Shown piece after piece: positions 57,911-64,000 of a stretch of 64,000 nt of DNA; positions within the stretch are counted from its first letter, which is position 1, and the number at the start of each line of letters is the position of its first letter. A model generated the notes under the pieces. That model had not been told where the DNA came from and did no database searches. It saw nothing but the letters and a program-made list of their open reading frames with translations. The stretch spans positions 134,173 through 198,172 of the forward strand of contig CAWHXD010000005.1 in the NCBI GenBank assembly GCA_963833225.1, read 5' to 3'. This DNA is from an uncultured Chloroflexia bacterium (GTDB lineage: Bacteria > Chloroflexota > Limnocylindria > Limnocylindrales > CSP1-4). A program made the position numbers and the translations under genes.

Positions 57911-59576
57911 CTACCGGTGCTCGTGCCAGCGCTCGTACGCCTCCACGGCCACGGGCAGCGTCGGGTACATCCGCTCCTCCTCGATCACGTCGAGCAGCCC
58001 GCCTCGCCGCAGCTGGGCCCGCAGGTCCTGTTTCACGCGGGCCATGGCAAACACGATCCTGCGCTCCGCAAGGTCCTCCACCAGCTGGGTCAGGGCATCG
58101 GCGGCCGTCGCGTCCAGCTCCACGATGGCCTCCGCGTTGAGCAGGAACCACACCACGTGGTCGGCCTGGGCGTCGACCGCCCGAATGGCCCTGGCCCGGA
58201 AATCCTGGGCGTTCGCGAAGCACAGCGGCGCGTCGTAGCGGAAGATCACCAGGCCCGGGATGGTCTGTGCGTCCGGGTAGTCCTCGATGTTGTGCAGGCC
58301 GGCCAGCCCCGGCACCCGCCCCAGCACCGACGCCGGCGGTCGTGCCACGCGGGCGAACAGCTCCACCACGGACAGCCCAACCGCGACCAGGATCCCCGCC
58401 AGCACGTCGAACGCGAGCACACCCACGAAGGCGATGAGCGCCAGTCCAAGCTCCGTCGACCGGAACCGGGTGAGCCGCCGGATCGCGCTGATGTCGATCA
58501 GTCGCAGGGCCGCGAACACCACGACGCCGCCCAGCGCGGCTCGCGGGATCAGGGCGATCAGCCCGGGTGCGGCCAGCACCACGAACACCACCGACACCGC
58601 GGCGACCAGCCCGGCCACCTGGCTGTGCGCCCGCATCGCGTCGATGATGGCCGTGCGGGACCCGGACGCGGACAGGGCGAACCCGCCGGTCAGGCCCGCC
58701 GTGACGTTGGCCACGCCCAGGGCCAGGAACTCCTGGTTGGGGTCGATCTGCTCGCCCGTCCGCGCGGCGAACGCCCGGCCCGTGAGGGCGACGTCCGAGT
58801 AGCCGACGAACGTGATCGCCGCGGCAGCCCCGAGCAGGGCCGTGACGTCCGAGAGGGTGATGGCGGGGAGGACCGGGGTTGGCAGGCCGCCCGGGACCGC
58901 GCCAACGACGGCCACGCCCTGCGCCTCGAGCCCGAAGGCCCAGACGATGAGCCCCGCCCCCACGACCCCGATCAGCGTCCCGGGCGCCAGCGGCTTGAGG
59001 CGCCGCAGGACGAGCAGGAACACCGTCACGCCGCCGCCCAGGGCCAGGGGCAGGAAGCTGAATCTCGTCCAGGCGCCCGGCCAGCTCCACGACCTTGCCG
59101 GCCACGCCGTCGGACGAGATCCGGACACCCGTCAGGGTCCCCAGCTGGGACGCGATCATGATCACGGCCACCCCCGACATGTACCCGATCAGGATCGGCT
59201 GCGACAGCAGGTCGGCGATGAAGCCCAGCCGGACGGCCCAGGCCACGATGCACACGATCCCCACCAGCAGCGCGAGCGCGGCGGACAGGGCCAGGTACCG
59301 CACAGGGTCTCCGGCCGCGAGCGGCGCCACCGCGGCGGCGACCATGATCGCCGTCGCCGACTCCGGGCCCACCGACAGCTGTCGGGAGGTGCCCAGCAGG
59401 GCATACGCGATCATGGCGAACACCGCGACCCACAATCCCGTGACCGGGGACACGCCGGCCAGCTCCGAGTAGGCGAGGCATTGCGGCACCAGGTAGGCCG
59501 TGACGGTGATCCCGGCCACCACGTCCGTGCGCAGCCAGGCCTGGCGATAGGCGCGCAGGTGGGCATAGCCCGGCAT
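57911..59576 (-). CDS. SulP/SLC26 anion transporter with STAS domain, frameshift near 59050
   Basis: D.VAGITV.AYLVPQ.LAY, GTSRQLSVGPES, IDPNQEF, SGSRTA, RYDAPLCFANA, LDATA. Confidence 0.9.
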
Positions 59577-59899
59577 CGGCCGGACCGTCCGTCGCGTCGT
59601 TCCCCCGAGGTTCAACTCGTCACCCGTGCTGCCGGGGGTACGTCCCGCGGGATTCGGGACGTTGGGCCCTCCGCGGACTCGACCCGTCCATGGGATGGTA
59701 GGCCTACGCGAGGCTCGCGGCCCGTGGTACGAGCAAACCGACCGCCCGCTCCGAACCAGGCCAAGGCACCGATCCGGCTGACCTTCGCGGCGCCGGTGAA
59801 CACGGAACCAACAGCCGACCAGGAGCACCGGCAGGACTGCGAGCCCCGCTGTTCGTTGTCCGTCAGGAACCCGGTCGCCGTGCCTCCCGTCCCCCGCCC

Positions 59900-60660
59900 A
59901 TGACTGATCGCCGCCTCGTTGCGCGTTTCCGGCCGGCTGCCCTGCCCGCTCTCCTCTTCGTCGCGGTCCTCGTGGCGGCGTGCGGCGCCTCGGCTCCCAC
60001 GTGGCCACCGCGCCCGCGCCATCGTTCTCGCCCTCGCCTGCGCCGTCCGCCGCGCCCGTGACGAGCCCTGAGTCGGCGGTGGACGCCATCCGCGCACGGG
60101 TCGCGCTGTTCGACGGGATCGTCGCGCGCAACCCCGACCTGATCGGGCAGGGGACGTTCTGGACGGCCGAGGCAACCGGCGATGGCTGGCGGGTGAGCTT
60201 CGAGACGGGTTGGGGTGATTGCCCGGCCGGCTGTATCGACCGCCACACCTGGACCTGGGACGTGGCGCCCGACGGTGCCGCTTCGTTCGTCGGCGAGGAT
60301 GGCTCGCCGGTCAGCGAGGACATGCTCGCGGCCATGAGGGCGAGCTCCACCCGCACCGGCGTCGCCGGCCGCGCCACCGGCGGGCCCACCTGCCCCGTCG
60401 AGCGGCCAGGTGATCCGGCGTGCACGCCGCGGCTGGTTGGCGGCGCCGCGCTGGTCGTGCGGGACGCCTCCGGCTCTCACGTCGCCACGGTGACGACCGA
60501 CGGCTCAGGCTACTTCCGCCTCGCGCTGGCCCCCGGCGAGTACACGCTGGAGGCGCCCGCCGTGGAAGGGTTCATGAGCGGTCCCGCACCGGTGCCGTTC
60601 ACGGTGCAGGACGGTGCCGAGGCCTGGCTCGATCTCTCCTGGGACACCGGGATCCGCTGA
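59900..60660 (+). CDS. Lipoprotein with C-terminal carboxypeptidase-regulatory-like domain, frameshift near 60000
   Basis: ATG 59900, lipobox LVAA|C; then GWGDCPAGCI, GPTCPVE, TDGSG.F..L.PGEY in a second frame. Confidence 0.75.
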
Positions 60661-60792
60661 GGGTCGGGGGCGCGGGGCCACTGGACGCTGGTCCCGGAGG
60701 TTGTCGCTGCGCACGATGGGCGACGAATCCGCGCACCTCAGGTACGAAAGTAGGGGTTCTCCGCGTGGGCTCCAGCGTGGATCCTTCGCTTC

Positions 60793-61011
60793 ATGATCCG
60801 CCGAACTCTCGCTGCAATTCTCTGGTTCTGGGCCACGGCAACGGCTTGGGCGTTTCTGGCTTGGAGCATCGGCGTGCCGACTGACCCTGGGCCGTTGGTG
60901 GCCCTGGTGGTTGGCTTGTTCATCGGACTGGACCCAATGCACCGGATCTGGTCTCGGCCGCAGGCCGTGCGCCCGACCCTGATGCCGTCTCTGCAGACCG
61001 ACGCCTCCTAG
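60793..61011 (+). CDS. Small 2-TM protein
   Basis: 72 aa with two hydrophobic helices; GATCCT 7 nt before ATG (leaderless-like). Confidence 0.55.
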   Translation: MIRRTLAAILWFWATATAWAFLAWSIGVPTDPGPLVALVVGLFIGLDPMHRIWSRPQAVRPTLMPSLQTDAS

Positions 61012-61076
61012 CCCTCGCGCACCTCGCGCTCGCTCGGGCAGGCCTCGGGTGGCCGACGCCCCAAGTTGCGCGGCAC

Positions 61077-62150
61077 CTACTTGATCAACTGGACGCCCAA
61101 GGCAACCGGTACCTCGTCGCTGGGCACGGTTGTGGTCACCGGGCCTGTGAAGAAGGCCTTTCGCCAGACGCCCTCGATGTCCTTGCCGCCATCGCAGGCT
61201 GTGATCTGGAAGCCGGAATAGCCAACGATGTGGTACCAGGCGTTCTGGCCGGTTCCGCCGGCGGTGTCCCAGATCGGGACCGTCACCGTGATCTGGTTGT
61301 CAATGTAGTAGCTGCAGTCGGCGCTGACCTTGTTGCCCGGCAGGCTGCCAATCCGGTCGAGCCCGGGCTCATCGATCCCAGTGCAGCATCCGAAGGACTT
61401 GCTCGGTGGGCCGATCTCCTCCTGGAGGAACGGCTTGTCATCCCGGCAGCCGCCGGCGTTGGCAGGCGGGTCCTGCCCGAGCCCATATCCGTCGCACCCG
61501 AACTTCAGCCATCCGAACCCACCGGGCACATTGAGATTGCCTGGGGTGAGGTGCTGGGGATAGCAGGGGTCACCCGGGTTCGCGCTGACCGGGCCCGAGC
61601 AGAACGGGTATGTCGAGAAGAAGGCTTGCGCGATCCCGGCCGGAAACAGCGTGCCGGGTTGGGGGCCCGCAAGGCTGTAGCCGCCGCGCGCCGTTGCCGT
61701 CGCCGACGCGGTCCACGACTGGACACCGACCATCCCGGCAATGAACGGGTGCCACGATCGACTGGACGTCACCTGAACCCCGGCCGCATCGGTCGGGATG
61801 GAGCCACTGCCGACGAAGCCGAGGAGGTTTCCGGCCGAGTCAATGTACTGCGGCCCGTCCGGGCTGCCGAACGTCGCGGGGTCTCCCTCGTTGGCGATCA
61901 CGGTTGCCGAGATCGCGGTGGCGACGTTGGCGTCGGTGCCATTGTTGGTGTCGCCATCGATCCAGACCGCGATGACCCGGGCGCCCGCAAGAGCGGCGAA
62001 ATCCAACGCATTCTGGGAGCCTCGGCGCTGGGCCAGCGCGAAGCCCCATCGAAGCACCAGCCCCACCGCAAGCAGGACTACTGGCAGGGCAAGCGCGAAG
62101 ACCACCAGCATCTGGCCGTATTCGCGGACGGGGCGACGACCATGCATCAC
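61077..62150 (-). CDS. TadG-like pseudopilin
   Basis: REYG|QMLVVFALALPV, QNALDFAALAGA, ASATATA, GGFGWL; Cys-rich C-terminus. Confidence 0.85.
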   Translation of the reverse strand: MMHGRRPVREYGQMLVVFALALPVVLLAVGLVLRWGFALAQRRGSQNALDFAALAGARVIAVWIDGDTNNGTDANVATAISATVIANEGDPATFGSPDGPQYIDSAGNLLGFVGSGSIPTDAAGVQVTSSRSWHPFIAGMVGVQSWTASATATARGGYSLAGPQPGTLFPAGIAQAFFSTYPFCSGPVSANPGDPCYPQHLTPGNLNVPGGFGWLKFGCDGYGLGQDPPANAGGCRDDKPFLQEEIGPPSKSFGCCTGIDEPGLDRIGSLPGNKVSADCSYYIDNQITVTVPIWDTAGGTGQNAWYHIVGYSGFQITACDGGKDIEGVWRKAFFTGPVTTTVPSDEVPVALGVQLIK

Positions 62151-62156
62151 GGCCTC

Positions 62157-62674
62157 CTAGTTGATCGAGACGGTGGCGGAGCCGGTGGCGGTAGTGCGCC
62201 AAGGATTCCGCTGATGACGGGGGTAAGGGCGTGCCACGTGTATGTCACGCGGACCGAGATGTAGCCGCCGGACTCCGGGCTCGCGCAGGTCGTCGACGTC
62301 CAGGCACCAGTCGGTGGCGCCGTCGAGTTGCCCACGCAACTCGTATAGACCTGGTCGACCTGCCCGAACGGAGCCATCTGGCGATTGGCCGCCGTTGTGA
62401 TGTCTGCTCGCAGGGCATTCACGCTGGCCGGGCAGACCGGCCCACCAACGGCGCCACAGGCGGGATCGGCGCTACCGATCCATGGGGCCTCCACTGATCC
62501 GAGCCGGGCGCCCTCGCGGGCTGCATTCGAGACTGTCGAGGTGGCGAAGACGAACCGGCCGGCGTCGATTGCGACGAAGAGCAGCAGGATGAAGAGCGGG
62601 AATACCAGCGCGAACTCGACCAGGCCCTGACCCGACTGGGCACGGAACTGGGGTACACGCAGCGACGGCATCAT
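62157..62674 (-). CDS. TadE-like pseudopilin, frameshift near the C-terminus
   Basis: QSG|QGLVEFALVFPLF, NAAREGAR, VRVTY.W...TP. Confidence 0.88.
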
Positions 62675-63838
62675 GAGTTCTTCGTGATCGATGTCGTTCC
62701 GCCCCGGTTGGTCACCCTCAGTGCCACGGAGTGCGACCTGTTGTCGCCATAGGTGACGGGCGCCGGGTATTGGACGTTCGACTTCAGATCGCCCAGGTCG
62801 TGGAACGTCCAATCCCAGTCCGTGATGGGGCAGTTCGCCGGATCCTCCACCGTGGAGGCGTCCGAGTACGTGTAGGTCTTGTTGCCAGTGCCGCTCCGGG
62901 TCCACGTGAAGGCCGGGGTCGGTGCTCGCACGGGACGGCGGTCGCCGTGGCGGTGGGCGAAGGATGGGCTGGTGGTAGGCGTAGGCGTGGGGCTCGTCGT
63001 GGGCGTGGGGGTAGGCGGCGGAGCCGGGACCGTTGCGCTCTCGATGACCTCGCTAGTCCCACCCTGGTTCGTCACCTCCAGCGTGATCGCGTAGGTGCCG
63101 GCTGAGTCGTAGGTGTGGTAGTCCCCGGTGGCGGTCCCGACGGAGGTCGTGCCATCGCCCCAGTCCCAGTGTAGCCGCTGATGTTGCAGACGCCTGAGTC
63201 GGGAATGGAAGCGCTGGGATCGACCAACACCTCGAGCCCGGCGACGTTGATGATGCTGAAGTGAGCCGTCGGGGCGGCACAGCTTGGCGGCTGCGTGGCG
63301 GAGGCTGACGGCACGTAGCCGAGCACAGTCGCGGTCGCCGAGTTCGTCACGGTCAACGGCCCGCCGAACGCGCCGTTGATGAGTGGTGTGAAGAAGGTGA
63401 ACGCTCTCGAAACCGTGACCGTCACCGTGTTGCCGGCCCCCGCTCCGCCCGTTGCCGCGGAGCACGCGATCGTTGTACCAACTTGGTCCGCGCAGACCGT
63501 CGTGACCGTCAAGGTGCCCTCGCCGGCTTGTCCCTGCACGTTGCTCTCGGCGTTGATCCGAGCGTTGATGGCGGCCGCATCGGTCGGGATGCTGGCGGCG
63601 ATGTTCGCACCTTCCCGGGCCGCATTGAACATCTGGACGTACGTCATGAACACCCGTCCGAAGTCCAGGGCCATCAACCCCAGCAACAGCAGCACCGGCA
63701 GGACCAACACGAACTCGGGCAGCGACTGACCCCGTGAGCGCTCACCTCGGCGCCGAGGGCGAGGCCGATTGGGCTGGAGACCGGGAGCGCTCTACGCGGG
63801 CGCGGGCCCCTGAGCCAGGTGAACAACCTGAACGACAT
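62671..63838 (-). CDS. TadE-like pseudopilin with two PKD domains, at least two frameshifts
   Basis: RSRG|QSLPEFVLVLP, NAAREGA; WDWGDGT..HTY...GTY.ITL.VTN.GG and a second W.W.F..V.L.VTN.GG. Confidence 0.82.
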
Positions 63839-64000
63839 TCTCGATTACCCTGGGACGACGATGGGTGCGCAGGAAGGACACATCGTGCCGCCGCTACCTG
63901 AAGTCCCTTGCATACAGGACTTTCGGTGCACGTTGACAACGCTCGAGCCATGACTATCGGGCTATGGCCGCCGCGTGCTCAGCCCTAGGTTTCCTCGGGC

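Noticed and set aside
56501-59161. 886-aa + strand ORF and similar long ORFs (e.g. 18123-19814, 29239-31173, 45372-47519)
   Set aside because: Antisense shadows of well-supported genes, expected at this GC content.

Overview
Very GC-rich bacterial DNA. Gene content (monoderm-type type IV pili, Tad pseudopilins, PrsW, PPK2, many leaderless-style promoters) suggests Chloroflexota or a similar soil/freshwater lineage; this is inference. Left to right: (1) housekeeping/accessory genes, 1-12 kb; (2) a type IV pilus locus, 12.3-20.4 kb, with an atypical receiver protein, pilT, major and minor pilins, pilC, pilB and a short A24 peptidase; (3) redox and c-di-GMP genes: a glutaredoxin-thioredoxin reductase fusion and a GGDEF/HD-GYP protein with altered motifs coupled to a PT-repeat surface protein; (4) an MttB-family gene and two sugar-utilisation clusters, 27-49 kb (RpiR/ROK/GH2/ABC/SIS/LLM/GH38, and LacI/ABC/GH3/GH51); (5) an accessory block 3' of tRNA-Thr(CGT), 49-56 kb, led by a DUF6036/AbiEii-like nucleotidyltransferase and a wHTH partner under a palindrome-covered promoter; (6) iolG, SulP, a lipoprotein and three TadE/TadG-like genes. 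Many genes at 32-41 kb, 48.8 kb and 59-64 kb carry frameshifts that are probably long-read indel errors. The best candidates for new biology are the toxin-first NTase/wHTH pair next to the tRNA, a shared TACGAA(A/C)GT motif at about -43 of pilus and c-di-GMP promoters, and the mannosidase cluster with an SIS isomerase and an LLM oxidoreductase. All family calls come from motif recognition by eye; no database searches were run.
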